Shown here: positions 26,618 to 39,332 of the stretch, in pieces
Numbering within the stretch: position 1 is the stretch's first letter
Layout: each line of letters starts with the position of its first letter
Source: the human T2T-CHM13v2.0 reference genome, Homo sapiens
Strand: one strand, 5' to 3'
NCBI RefSeq assembly: GCF_009914755.1
Contig: NC_060938.1
DNA length: 64,000 nt
Position numbers and translations under genes: made by a program
The notes under the pieces: generated by a model
What the model was told of the DNA's origin: nothing
The model's database searches: none
The model's input: the letters and a program-made list of their open reading frames with translations, nothing else

Positions 26618-27729
26618 TTCAATTGAGGATAGGTCACGTCTCAATAATTTGAAATAACTTGCTCCTGTATTTCCACTGCATTAAGTTTAGTAGATTGAGG
26701 ATGTGGGTGGGAGAAAAGGAGGAAGGATGTTCTGAAGTGGCTCCCAGGTCAGTCTCTCCTCCCATCCCACTAACATTCTGGGCAGAAAATGCTTTGTTCC
26801 CCCAAAGATTATTTTATTATAGGATTGTTCCCCAAAGGATTATATTATTTGGGGAAGATAATATATATTCTCCAAAAATGTCCATCAGAAAGAAGAAATT
26901 GCTCTACATTTGGGTTTTTAGGTACCTAGAAAAATTTCTCCATTGTTTAGTACAAAGCAAAAAAAAAAAATTGTTTAAGCAAACTTTTTAGATATTTTGC
27001 TCATATTTGAATCTAGTTTGACTGTCCCAAAGAAGCTCTTTTGCTTATTGCAAAACAGCAAAAAGTGTGGTCAGTAGTCTCTTAAAGCTATGACAAATTT
27101 CCCAAAGCTAAAGAGGCATCTTAACTACAATTACTAAAATGGAAAATTTCTTTCAGAAAATAATTTTGGTGGTATAAGTAGAAATAAGGAATTCTCAAGT
27201 TTTTTAAATGATTGCTTTCATTATTCATGTATTGCTCAAAATTAGAAGGAGTAAAGAAGAATTCTTAAGAAATAAGATTCTGAAAACATTCATTTTCCTT
27301 AGAAATTATCAAGGGGATAATATTTGAGCTGAATTACTAAAGTAAGTACTATTGACTAGATACCTTTTAAAAATTTTCTGATTTTGTAAAATTCAAAACA
27401 AATCCAAACTAAAAAATGCAAATTGACAAAGTGATTGGTAAATTCCAAGTAGTCTATTTTTAATTTATAATATTTTTAAGATTTATTTCATTCACAATAT
27501 TGCCGTTAGTGCTGTATTTATCAGGTATTTTCAATATGAATGTGTAAATAAATTAATGAAATAAATGTAAGTAGACATTTAACTATTTCATCTTCATTCC
27601 TAAAAGTTTATATTCTCAAGGTGACAAAAATCTTGCACTTCTATCTTTTCATTTGGGAAAAAAGAGGGTATTTGGAGTCACTAACTTACCAAGTGTTTAG
27701 AGAGGAGTGGGAGTGGGGAGAGCCAGAGG

Positions 27730-28000
27730 TAGAGAGAGATTTTAAGAAATTGGATGGCATGATTCTGGGCCCTGAAGCATGTAAATTCTGCAGGGCAACC
27801 TGGTAGGCAAGCTGGAGACCCAGGGAAGAGTTGATGTTGCAGTGTGGAGTCTGAAGACAGTCTAGAGGCAGAATTCTCTCTCTTTTTCAGGTGACTCATC
27901 TGCTTTCTCGTAAAGCCTTCAACTGACTGGGTGAAAATCACCCACATTATAGAAGGTAATCTGCTTTACTCAGACTACTGATAAAATGCTAATCTCATCT
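27730..28000 (-). mobile_element. MLT2-family (ERVL) LTR fragment
   Basis: gctggagacccagggaagagttgatgttgcag...gccttcaactgactgg...cccacattatagaaggtaatctgctttactc. Confidence 0.82.
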
Positions 28001-28146
28001 AGTGGAGAACTATGTGTAGACTGAGATAGTTATATTGGCTCTCATGACCTGATGTTCTAGAGGAAAAAGCCTCATGCTTAGATGGGAGGAAGTTAAAGCA
28101 AGAAGTAGAAGAGGGAACGTCGTAAGGGGGATTCCAGATGGCTCCT

Positions 28147-28520
28147 TGATATGGTTTGGCTGTGTGCCCACCCAAATCTCATCTTGAATTGACGTTCCCA
28201 TAATCCCCACGTGTTGTGGGAGGGACCTCGTGGGAGATAATTGAATCATGGGGACAGTTGCCACATGCTGCTGTTCTCATGATAGTGGGTGAGTTCTCAT
28301 GAGATCTGGTGGTTTTATAAGTGGCTTTTGCCCCTTTTGCTTGGCACCTCTCCTTCCTGCCATCATGTGAAGGACATGTTTACTTCCCCTTCCACCATGA
28401 TCATAAGTTTCCTGAGGCCTCCTCAGCCATGTGGAACAGTGAGTCAATTAAACCTCTTTCCTTTGTAAATTACCCAGTCTTGGGCAGTCCTTTATAGCAT
28501 CATGAGAGCGGATTAATACA
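28147..28520 (+). mobile_element. THE1D-like solo LTR
   Basis: tgatatggtttggctgtg...aagtttcctgaggcctc...ggattaataca; TSD ctcct/atcct. Confidence 0.92.
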
Positions 28521-28540
28521 ATCCTCTTTCCCTTGAGATC

Positions 28541-29024
28541 TGTATTAGTCAGGGTTCTCCTGAGGAAGAACCGATAGAATGTGTATATACTTACATACTT
28601 GTATACATACATGTACATCCTGTACACACACAAATATATGTATGTGTGTGTATATATAGATATGAGAGAGATTGTTTTAAGGATTTTGGCTCATGTGATT
28701 ATGGAGACTGGCAGGTCTAAAATCCGCAGAGCGGGCCATCAGGCTGGAGACCCAGGGAGCTGATCCTGTAGATGAAGTTTGAAGGTTGTCTGCTGGAAGG
28801 ATTCCCTCTTGCTCAGGGGAGGTCAGTCTTTTGTTCTATTCTGGCCTTCGACTGATTGAATGGACCCTCCCACATCAGAGAGAGCAATCTGCTTTACCTA
28901 GGGTTTACTTATGTAAATGTTAATATCATCCAAAAACACCCTTACAGAAGCACCCATAATAATGTTAGACCAAATATCTGGGAACCATGGCCCAGCCAAG
29001 TTGACACATAACATTAACCATTCC
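28541..29024 (-). mobile_element. MLT2C-like LTR
   Basis: tgtattagtcagggttctcc...ggcccagccaagttgacacataacattaaccat. Confidence 0.9.
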
Positions 29025-29497
29025 AGGATACCTTTGAGATTTCCTTGGGACCTTGTGTTGAGGACTTGTGATGAAAGAGGAACAAGTGTCATACATAAAT
29101 ATAAAGTTGCTCTTCATCCCTTTGTTTTGGCAAAACTATTGTAATGGCAATCATATTTTGAGTTATTAAGGTAGTTGTTTTCCATTCCTTTTCCAATTAT
29201 GCTGTGCCCACCCCCATTATATCAATGACATATTCACAGAGAAGGCAGATACAATGTAGATCAAAGGACTCAACTTTGAGTTTCCATTTACACTTTTTTT
29301 GTGTGTCTAAAGAAAAACAATGTTCTTAACAGGTGAATTTTTTCATGTATAAAAGAATTTCATAAACTTATAAAGAAAAATAGTCTGGTTCTATATCAAC
29401 AACAATCATAAAAGGCCTGAGCTGAGGGGTTTACTATGAGCTGTATGGTAGAAAGTGGTACAAGATAGAACTTCTGACCATTTTATCTGTGACCAGT

Positions 29498-29838
29498 TGC
29501 TCTGGTCTGAATGTTGGTGCACACCCAAAATTTATATTGAAACCTAAGTCCCGATGCAAAAGTATTAAGAGGTGAGGCCTTTAGGAGGTGATTAGGTCAT
29601 GAGGGTAGAACTTTCATAAGTAGGATTCGTGTCCTCATAAACGAGGCTTGTGGGAGCCTGTTTGCCCTTTCTGCCACATGAGGACGCAGCAGAGAGTGAA
29701 TCCTCACCAGACACAGAATCTGCTGGCTCCTTGATCTTAGACTTCCCAGGTTCCAGAACTGCAAGTAATAAATTTCTGTCATTTGTAAGTTACTCAAACT
29801 AAAGTGTTTTGTTACAGCTGCAGGAACAAACTAAGACA
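29498..29838 (+). mobile_element. MLT1A-like MaLR LTR
   Basis: gtattaagaggtgaggcctttaggaggtgattaggtcatgagggt...cttgatcttagacttcccag...aactaagaca. Confidence 0.9.
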
Positions 29839-30740
29839 CTGGGTAAGGAAGAAAAGCAAGCAAACAAACAAACAAACAAAAAACAGTGGCACAATGGAGA
29901 GTAAGTGGGGGAGTTGGAGGAAAAGAAGCCACAGAACAAACACCACCTAAAGGAGTTAAACCTCCAACTTCCCCAAGATTTGGTGAGAGAAGACGGGTGT
30001 GAAATGATAGAAATTCCAATCGAAATGTCGAAAAGTTTGAGAAGGAGTCTGAAACATCCAGGTTGTACTCCACTTCCTGCCATGTCGAACACAGCAAAGT
30101 AGAATAAAGCATATGTTAGAAGCAAATTGTGATGTGCAATAATGTTTTATTAATGGTTTCAGGTAAACCTATTCACTTTGGCCATTACATTATGGTTATA
30201 CATTATTTATTTATTTACTCTTTTGTTCTTTTTTCCCAGGAAGTATTTATTATTTACCTAAACCAAGCATGGAGGAGGCATGAGTACAGAGCATGTGTGG
30301 TTGTGTGACATATCCTCTGTCCTAAAGCACCTCACTGTCACAGAACCCAAAAACATGCAGACTTGTCCCTCACTAATATGCCACATACTCCTCTTCTTGG
30401 ACCCAAAGCTAGATTCCACTTGCCAACCTCCCTTCCAGTACAGCCGTATGGCTGAGCTATGGAACATGGGCAGAAATTTGCACGACTTTCTGGCCCAACA
30501 AAACTTCCCACAGGATCTTTGTTAAGAAGTAAAGGAAGCTGAAGTCACCAGATGGAAGAGATGTTGATCCTTGAATAACTACAACAAGCACAGTCCCCCT
30601 ACCAAGTGACCAATGCCCACTTCTAATCTATGGGTGAGGAATAAAATTCACTGTGCTAAGTCACTGAGATGGGGGCTGTTGTTATGGAACTAACCGTATC
30701 TAATTGTGGGATAATAGGGGCTGTTAAAAAGCAGCTCCTA

Positions 30741-30930
30741 TCAGGATAAATAGCTAATGCGTATAGGGTTTAATACCTAGGTGATGGGTTGATGGGTGTA
30801 GCAAACCACCACGGCACACATTTACCTATGTAACAAACCTGGATGTCTTGCGCATATATCCTGGAGCATAAAATAAAATAAAATAAAATAAAATAAAATA
30901 AAATAAAATAAAACAAAATAAAATAAAATT
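30741..30930 (+). mobile_element. Severely 5'-truncated L1PA (L1PA10-13-like) with (AAAAT)n tail
   Basis: taatacctaggtgatgggttgatgggtgtagcaaaccaccacggcacacatttacctatgtaacaaacctg; TSD taaaaa(gc/t)agctccta on both sides. Confidence 0.9.
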
Positions 30931-31829
30931 TAAAAATAGCTCCTAATCCAGCTCGGTGAGACTCAGGAGCAAACTTCAGAGGAGTATTTTATTATGGTTG
31001 GCAAGGAGCAGGAATATGTCAAAGGTGCTGGTGTAGGAGACTGTCCTTCCTCTGACTTGTGTTAGGCCAGACATTCTGAAGTAGACGTGACCATTCCTAG
31101 GTTTCTTGAAACCTTAAGCAAGGGGGTCCTCATTTATCCCAGTGCCTGGCCCACTGAATCTCAGTAAGGAAATACGTACTAAATGCAAGGCTGGAACTCC
31201 AGAGCATTTGCCTAATGAACAAAAGAACCGTACTGAGTTCTACTGAGGGCATATGCCAGGCAGGAACTCGGGGGAGGCATGAGTGTCCATATGTGGCATC
31301 AGAGAAGGAGGAGGCAGAGGTCACCGGGCTGCCTTCTGGTGGGCAAGTTGGAGGAGGGTAGGCCACTCAGAGCAGATGCAAGGAAGTAAAAATGAGTTTC
31401 CCCTCAACTCTACCTGCTCCAGCTCATTCCACTTGGTTCTCTAGGAATACTGAGGTCATTCTCGCCCTCCATGCCCACCCCATGCCTACAAACCCACTTG
31501 TGCTTCACATACATAAATTGCTGGATCCCGTGGCCACCAGACCTTGAAATCAGTTCTACAGTGTGTTTTCAAACGTGTGGAAGACCCAGCTATCCATCCC
31601 TTCTTATCCACAGTCCCTTGGGAATGAAAGGGCAACAATAGATTCATTTCACAAAAATCATCACATTTACATATTTTTATCATGAGCTCAACGAATGATT
31701 TTAATTAAACCGTTTTTAAAGAGGGTAGAGAGGAAGAAAGGCAAGATGGTAAATATTTAACACCTAATCAAGGGGAGAGAAGCGTGAAGCTGAAGCCCTC
31801 ATTAAGCTGCACAGAGGAGGGGGGCTTTG

Positions 31830-32180
31830 GAAGCTGCCCGGGTTGGAGCCCCTGCCCTCCCTTATCAGGGAGGTGACACTGGGCCAGCTGTGTCACCTCT
31901 TTGGGCCTCATGTTTATCATCTAGGAAAATGGGGAGAGTGCCAACCTTCTGGGATTATTGTCAGGAGGGCCTAATGACATTAGCAATAATAATGGCCAAC
32001 ATTTCTGGAGTAGAAACTGTGGCCAAGCATTTTATCCATATTGTAGCATTGAATCCTTGCGTTGACACTGTAAAGGAAATGCTGTTCATTTCCTCAGTTT
32101 ACTTAGGAATAAACTGAAGTTTAGGGAAATTAAATATCTTTCTCAAGGTCTCATAGATTGGCCTTTAAACTCTGGTTGTC
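31830..32180. mobile_element. Two MIR fragments, tail-to-tail
   Basis: gtgacactgggccag...gggcctcatgtttatcatctaggaaaatggg (+) followed by aaactgaagtttagggaaattaaatatctttctcaaggtc (-). Confidence 0.65.
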
Positions 32181-32971
32181 ACAACCCAGGGCACACATTT
32201 TTTGCTATTATTTTATCTTGCCTAAACTCTAGTGCCTGAATCACATATGTACACACTCCATTTCTAAAGTTCAAGCCAAAGAGCTTGTCCAAATATGCAA
32301 CTTGTCCAAGATATCCAAATATCTTCCTAATTATTTCTACTATGACTTCTAATACCATCATATATTAGTAGAGCATCTTACAAAGCATGCTTGCAAATCT
32401 TTTCCATCAGAAACACAGAGTGGCCAGAGATTAGAAGAGTTAGATCGTTCCACCAGGGGCACCTTTTACATGGAAGCAGGCTGCATGAGACCAGCTTTCC
32501 ACCATCCAAGCACCTGTTTCAGAAATTGGTCAGCCCCGAGAGGGGAAGACCTGAGGGCAAGAAGAGAACCTCAGACCCCAACTCTCGGGCATCCCCTGAT
32601 CCATGGTCATTTTCAGGAGGTAAGATTTCAGTCTGTCTCATTTGGAGGGTGATTGGATGCACGAAATTCAGCCAGGATGCAGGAGATGGGGGTAAATCTT
32701 AAAGCGCGGCCCTTTCAGCACTGTGCTAAGTGCTCTGTTGAGATAATTGTATGGCTGTTTCTGCAATCAGTTCTGAGAAAATTGCTCCTCCCAAATTAGC
32801 TTCCCCTTATGCAATAATTTTTAGTTGATGGCATGGAATCACAGCAAAAAAAAAATCATATATATATATGAGCAAATACTGGACAAATCGACAGGATACA
32901 TTAAAAGAAAAGGACACTTTGATGTATGTTACAAATATATCTGAATAATACTCCCACGGAAAAAGTTTCCA

Positions 32972-33145
32972 TCCATTTTCCTCTCTCCCTTTTTTCTGCC
33001 TTTCCTTCCTCTTTCCCACCTTCCCTTTTTCTCCTTTCCTTCCTTCCCTTCCTCATCCTCTCTCTTCCTTCCTCTTTTCCTTCTTTTATTCCTTCTCTTC
33101 CTCCTCCCCACTTTTTCTTTTTATTCTCCTCTTTTCTCTTCCTCC
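32972..33145. repeat. CT-rich polypyrimidine low-complexity tract
   Basis: Almost exclusively C/T. Confidence 0.9.
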
Positions 33146-34629
33146 ACGTTCTCACCTGTTCTTCCTCTTACTTAATTACAATGCTGTCTGGTCTACTAAC
33201 TTTCTGAATCAAGGAGACAGATTTGATCTTCCAGGCAGAGTTCTATGAAGAAAGACAGCTTTCACAAAGCTTTCCACGTAGGTAGTTATTTAGCATTACC
33301 CTCGTCATGATTATCACTGCCTTTTCCGTAGACAGCTTCGCCAATGTTCTCAACTAGTGGGGTCTCCCTTGTCCTCCTTCCTGCCACCGGTGGGAAGTGG
33401 GAATAGGCTGGCTCAGGTGAAATCTTCCTCAAACTCTCTCATTAAATCCCTTGTGACCAGGGATACAAGGTGCTTAATTGGAACCATGCAGTTAGTCCCA
33501 AGGATTGGGAAAGACTTCCTGAATATCACCTCTTGTAACAGATGGGGAACCAGAGCCCAGATGAAATGACTCACCTGTGGCCGTGCACCTAAGAGCATCA
33601 GAAAAAATCCACCCTTGATCTTCAGAGACTCAGCCCTATGTGTCTCCCATGCTGCTATGTGACTTCAGGCTACAAAATGCAACTTCCACATGAGTCAAAC
33701 TCTATGTCTCTACCCGGGGTCAACCCAGCCACGGAATAGGCCCACTTCAGCGGTTCTATGAGAAATAAATGAGTGCAAGGGCAGAGTGTTGTTGTAAAAG
33801 ATATTTATACTCAAATGCCTTTTGGTATAACCTGCTCTCCAGTGCCCACTCCCCCTCATCACCCTGCACATGGCTACATCACACTTGCACTTTACCTGCT
33901 GGACACCTGAACACTTCTCAGTTTGCAAACGTTGGTCTAAAGTGTGACCTTCTTGGCAGTTTACCAAGAACACCTGGGCTAACTTGTCCAGGCAGACCCT
34001 GACAGTAACGGCACCCTCAGCCCACCCACATGGCACCTCTACTTGTATTTGCTTTGGAGCTCATTTGAATATATGGCTTCTATTTATGGTTTAAGGAGGC
34101 AGATCATGAGAGACAAGTCTCTTACTTAGCAACCTGAGAAACAATTAATTGGCTACCTCAAATGAAAGTAAGTAAAGTTTTAAATTGTATAGTATGGACT
34201 ATCTTGAATAAGAGAATACCAAAGGATAGAGAGGAGGTAGAGGCAGTTCTTCAAGGATGCTGAATTGTTGAATAACGCAGTTCTATTTGCATTATGCCCA
34301 ACAATTCTGCCTACCCTGATTTATTCTCCATACATGAACTATATATTTATAAATGGGTATTTTGTCCTTACAAAAAGAAAGAGAGAGAATTTTTCCCAGA
34401 GATATTGAACAAGTCTGTAGAAAATGAAAATAACTATGTCATTTCAGATACATCATACTAAGTATACAGGTCCTCATCCTAATTTTCATAATTACTATTT
34501 TGCTGGACTTTTAACCTATAAACCAATATAAATTTGGGTTTTGGTTGTTTCTGGGTATCAGTGCTGTGGTTGGTCTTCAGGAATATCATTTTCATATCTC
34601 AATGATGTTCTCTGGGAAACTTCTCCTTG

Positions 34630-34875
34630 ACCAGAGGACTAATTTATGACCTGCTAGCAACATCTGCGTCAGATGATATTTGTCATCACCTACCATGCAA
34701 GGTATTGGTTGTTGCCTAGCAACAGGTCAAGTATATGGAGTATTTGCTGAGATAGATTAGTTGCATTGTTGCCATAACAACTACCTTAGTTAGGTAATTA
34801 AATTGATTTGACTCAGATTTGGCATTGGGATACTACATATGTTGTGTGAAATAGTGTTTGTCCTGACTCAACTAC
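34630..34875. promoter_or_regulatory. Candidate enhancer with RFX/SOX/bHLH/AP-1 motifs
   Basis: GTTGCCTAGCAAC 34711-34723, GTTGCCATAACAAC 34768-34781, CATCTG-cgt-CAGATG 34661-34675, TGACTCA at 34809 and 34864. Confidence 0.5.
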
Positions 34876-35059
34876 TGATTTTCACTACAGTGTTGAGATC
34901 CTCAAAAATGTGCTCTATGATTAGGGAAGGCTATTTTAGGTAAAGATGTCACTAAGTTAACTCTTCCAAAAGTTCAAGAAGTGACATCTCAACCATATAT
35001 TAATCCACTGTTTTATTAATTTAACATATGTTTATTGAGCTAAAATAATATCTTTAAAA

Positions 35060-35405
35060 GTATGAATAATAGGAGAGTACAAGTGAGTTTCTTTGGAAGG
35101 AATATAATACTTCTCTATCTTATTTTTTATGGTGGCTACCTGAAATTACAGATGGAAAAAAATCTTGTAGAACTGAACACCAAAAATAAATAAGTAGGTG
35201 CATGCAAAAACTTATAAAATATAATTAAGCTCTGTAGTTTATACAGTATTACACCATTGTCAAATTCCTGGCTCTGATAATTGGACTTTGGTTACATAAG
35301 ATGTCATCCCTAGGGGTAACTGGATGAAGGGTATTCATAAATCTCCATGCTATTTTTTGCAACTTCTATGTGAGGCTAAAATTATTTCCAACTAAAATGT
35401 CTGTA
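35060..35405 (+). mobile_element. Old L1M (MC/MD-like) 3' fragments
   Basis: caaattcctggctctgataattggactttggttacataagatgt...gcaacttctatgtgaggctaaaattatttcc. Confidence 0.65.
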
Positions 35406-35784
35406 AAAATAGAAGAAGGAAAGAAGGAAAGAAGGGAAGAAGGAAAGAACAAGAGAAGTTAGAAAGAAAGAAAAGAAAAAAAGCAGACTGACTATGTTGA
35501 TGTGTAAAGTAGATTCAGGTAATTTACCTGAATGTTTGGGGAACATTGAGAGTCTTCAGATTGCAGGAAAATTTATTGTTTGCTAGTCAATATGTTACTT
35601 CATTTGTAGTGTATCTGGCCCCTCTGTTCCCCATTCATAAACTGACTACTGCCTAACAACAAGTGTTCCTTGCCCTCAAACACTGTGACAATCAACATGG
35701 GACACCTATATTTTCAAACTCTCTGGCTTAGACCATCAAGTTCAATAAAGCAAATTCAAAAAAAAAAATAGTATGCCATGTGTC

Positions 35785-35940
35785 CCTCAGGGAAACCCAG
35801 TGAGATGGACAACGCTGGTATCCTTATTTCCATTTATCAGATGAAGAAACTGAGGCCTGGAGGGCTGGCTGAAAGAGCCAGGACATGATTCTAATCAAGG
35901 TCTTCTGAGATAGGGTCCGTTGCTCCTTCCACCATACCTG
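35785..35940 (-). mobile_element. MIR SINE
   Basis: catttatcagatgaagaaactgaggcctggagg. Confidence 0.7.
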
Positions 35941-36617
35941 GGTTTCCCACATGTGATGTCGGGTGACTCATCGATCAGCCTCAAACAACAATGATGACAC
36001 AGGGACAAGGTGCCACTTTTCACTTCTCCTCCATCTTTGCATTGTACAAACAGCCCTCATTCAGTGCTAACTTGTCTTCAATCTACCTCTTGCACTGTCA
36101 ACCTCCCCTGCTGATATGGAGCAAACCTCAAACTTTTATTTGCATTGCCTTTATTCCTGCAATTACCTTCCTTTTAGGCATTCCTTTTGAAATAAATATA
36201 CCTATGTAAAAACAAAGGCTTAATGAGTATAAAATAATTGTAGCCATACTATGACAAAGGCCCATACAGCAGTACCTCAAATAATAAGATATTCTAGTTG
36301 GGACTGGATGATTAAGTAGCAGCATTCCAGTTGGAAAGAAGAGTATCAAAAGCACAAAGGTGTGACAAAGATATGTGTGGGTGTGCCAGTGTGTGTGCAT
36401 CCCTCCAAGGGAAATAACAGGAATGTTGTACAGGATAACAGGAAAAACATAAGAAATAGGGAGGGAGGATCTTTTCATTGTTGCACAGAGGAGCTCTAAG
36501 AATCAGACTCCAATTCCTACGGTGAGTTCAAAGCAGGAGAAGCAGTGGCAAGGATGTAGCAAAGGACTAAATGTTTTAAATATTTTAAACCGAATGTTTT
36601 CAAACGTGTGTATTCCT

Positions 36618-36917
36618 ATTTATTTATTTATTTATTTATTTATTTATTGACTGGGTCTTGTTCTGTTACCCAGGCTACAAGGCACTGCCTAAATCATAGC
36701 TCACTGCAACCTTGAGCTACTGGAATCAAGCAATCCTCCTGCCTCAGTTTCTTGAGTAGCTGGGACTACAGGCACATACCATCATGCCTGGCTAAGTTTT
36801 AAATTTGTTTTTGTAGAGATGGAGTCTCACTATGTTGCCCAGGCTGGTCTCAAACTCCTGGGTCTGCCTGGGCCTCCCAAATTGCAGGGATTACAGGCAT
36901 GAGCCACCATGCAGACC
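36618..36917 (-). mobile_element. AluJ with (TTTA)n tail
   Basis: atcatagctcactgcaacc...caagcaatcctcctgcctcag...tgtagagatggagtctcactatgttgcccagg. Confidence 0.92.
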
Positions 36918-37584
36918 TTGCACTCCCTTTTAAAAATGCATTGCCTCAGGGCAAAGTCTTGATTATTTCCATCTTGGTTGCTTGGTGAAGGTGAATGGCA
37001 GAAAAGGCATCAGGATAAAGGGGTGGATGAAGATGAGTGTTAGGAGAATGCAGAATTGAGACTGTGGGAGTAGACACAGGCTGGTTTTTGAAGTACCTCA
37101 TTTGAAATCAAATGAATTTCGGGCTTTGTCCCAAGATTAGTGGTTTTCCAATTTCTTATGTATAAGAACCGCCAAGGAGTATGTTCACTCATGTTCACCA
37201 TATCTGAAATGCAGATTTTGGGGCCCTAGCTCCAAATACTTTGATGGTTTATGACTTAGCGACCATTCTGAAATGTATGTTTTTAACTTGTCTGCTAAGC
37301 ATTTTGGTGCAAAAGCCCTAGTTGTACACATAAAGAAACACAGCTATAGCAAACAGAAATCTACAGAAGAGAATAGAGGAGGGAAGTCAAAAATTTAACC
37401 TGCATCTTAGAAAGCTTGTGTCTATTTTTTCTTAATCATAATATGAGTATTGACGATTTTAAAAAATATAAAAAAGACACATAAGATAATACTCACCCAA
37501 AATGCCATCATTGAAACCCAAACATATAAAATTTGACATATTTACTTGCCATGAGTATCTAAGAAAAAAAAATTATTTTATAAT

Positions 37585-37808
37585 CAGGGCCAACTTCCCC
37601 ATTAGATGCAGCAGACACAGACACAGTACCTAGGGCCCATAATACTTTTAAGGGCCCATGAAAATAGTTTAATTTATTCTAAAATTTAAGAGAAAATAAA
37701 CTATTAGGTTGAAGAAACGTTTTAATGCATAATACATCATACCAATGGACTCATCAGATATGTACGTTTTATGGAGGAAGGGACCCATGGGGAAAAAAGT
37801 GCTTCAGA
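37585..37808 (+). mobile_element. ORSL-like hAT-Tip100 element within an old L1 fragment
   Basis: cacagtacctagggcccataatacttttaagggcccatgaaaat...tatggaggaagggacccatg. Confidence 0.7.
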
Positions 37809-38234
37809 CATAACATACTTTATCTAACCATTTCCCTATTATTGAACATTTAGGTTATTTCAGAGATGTGGCTGAAATAAAAGTAGTCAATTGAATAGCC
37901 TTCAATATAAAGCACTGAATTTAGCCACGCTTATTTTTCTAGAACTGTCTATATTAGGGTACTTTGCTTTCCAATATTGTCTTTTTCTTGGTGTTGGTGC
38001 TGGTAGCACTGGTGTTATTCTGCTTGTTTCAGGTAACAGATTGACAATGTCTTGAAGATACAAAGTCTGCTCTACTAAGGCACAGGTCTGATGTCCACTT
38101 TCTGAAGTTCCATTCAGGCAATGGGTTCAGCACACATTAAAATTTGCTTGTTTGGAGTCCAAACTCTCAAGACGTGGTTTCTGTTGGTTTCTTGTTCCTT
38201 CTACAAACAACCCACAATGCATGACTTAAGGTAT

Positions 38235-38930
38235 TGAGATAAACCCCAAAATCTCATTGCCTTAACACAACAAAATTATCATTATTATTATTTTGGCTAA
38301 TATCAAATCCACTGCCAATGTTATATTCCTAGAAGCCTACCCTTCCCAAATGGTCACTCCACCTGCAGTGCCAAGTTCTCTCCATTTCTCTAGAAAAGGA
38401 GTTGGTAAACATTTACTACGAAGGGTCAGCTAGTGAATATTTTTGTCTTTGGGGCCATACGTTCTCTTGGAAACTACCCAACTCTACCACTGAAGCGTGA
38501 ATGCAGCCATAGGCAATACATGAATGAATGAGCATGGCTATGTGTGGATAAAACTTTATTCATGGACATTAAAATCTGAATTTTATATAATTTTCACATG
38601 TCACCAAATATTCTATTTTAAATCTTTCTTCAACTGTTTAAAACTGTAAAAACCATTCTTAGCCTTTGGGTGATACAAAAACGAGCCGTGGATTAGATTT
38701 GTCTGGGAGCTTTGTTTGCCATCTCTTCATGCAGAGAGTGAGGAAAAAGAAAGTTGTCTTTACAGGTCAGACGTGTGGAGCAGCACCCATCATTTTTGCT
38801 CACATTCCACTGGCTGACACCAGTCCTGTAGTTATCCTAACTGCATTGAGGGCAGGCACCTAGCTGAGGATGCACTGTGTGCCCAGAGAAAAGTGGGCAT
38901 GAGTCTTGATGAGTCTCTGTGCTCCATCCC
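38235..38930 (-). mobile_element. MLT1K-like LTR interrupted by MER58B
   Basis: aaccccaaaatctcattgccttaacacaacaaa...catttttgctcacattccactggc. Confidence 0.65.
38396..38727. mobile_element. MER58B hAT MITE
   Basis: aactacccaactctaccactg...gcagccataggcaatacatgaatgaatgagcatggct...taaaactttatt. Confidence 0.88.
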
Positions 38931-38941
38931 CAAAGACACAC

Positions 38942-39291
38942 TGTATTAGTTCATTTTCACACTGCTGACAAAGACATAGCCGAGACTAGGCAATTTACAA
39001 AAGAAAGAGGTTTACTGGACTTACAGTTCCACGTGGCTGAGGAGACCTCACAATCATGGTGGAAGGCAAGGAGGAGCAAGTCACATCTTTTGTGGATGGC
39101 AGCAGGCAGAGAGAGCTTGTGCAGAGAAACTCAGGTTTGTAAAACCATCAGATCTCATGAGACCCATTCACTATCACAAGAACAGCATGGGAAAGATCCA
39201 CCCCCATGATTCAATCATCTCCCACAACATGTGGGAATTATGGGAGATACAAGATGAGATTTGGGTGGGGACACAGAAACAAATCATATCA
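38942..39291 (-). mobile_element. THE1A/B solo LTR
   Basis: tgtattagttcattttcacactgctg...gatgagatttgggtggggacacag...catatca; perfect TSD cacac. Confidence 0.95.
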
Positions 39292-39332
39292 CACACACAG
39301 AAGTGTGTCCTTTCTGACCTAGACACAGCATT

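Noticed and set aside
32451-32464. ccaccaggggcacc as a CTCF site
   Set aside because: One G short, so the 3' part of the core is out of register
32807-33207. Lys/Arg/Glu-rich and Phe/Ser/Leu-rich ORFs
   Set aside because: Translation of a CT/GA low-complexity tract
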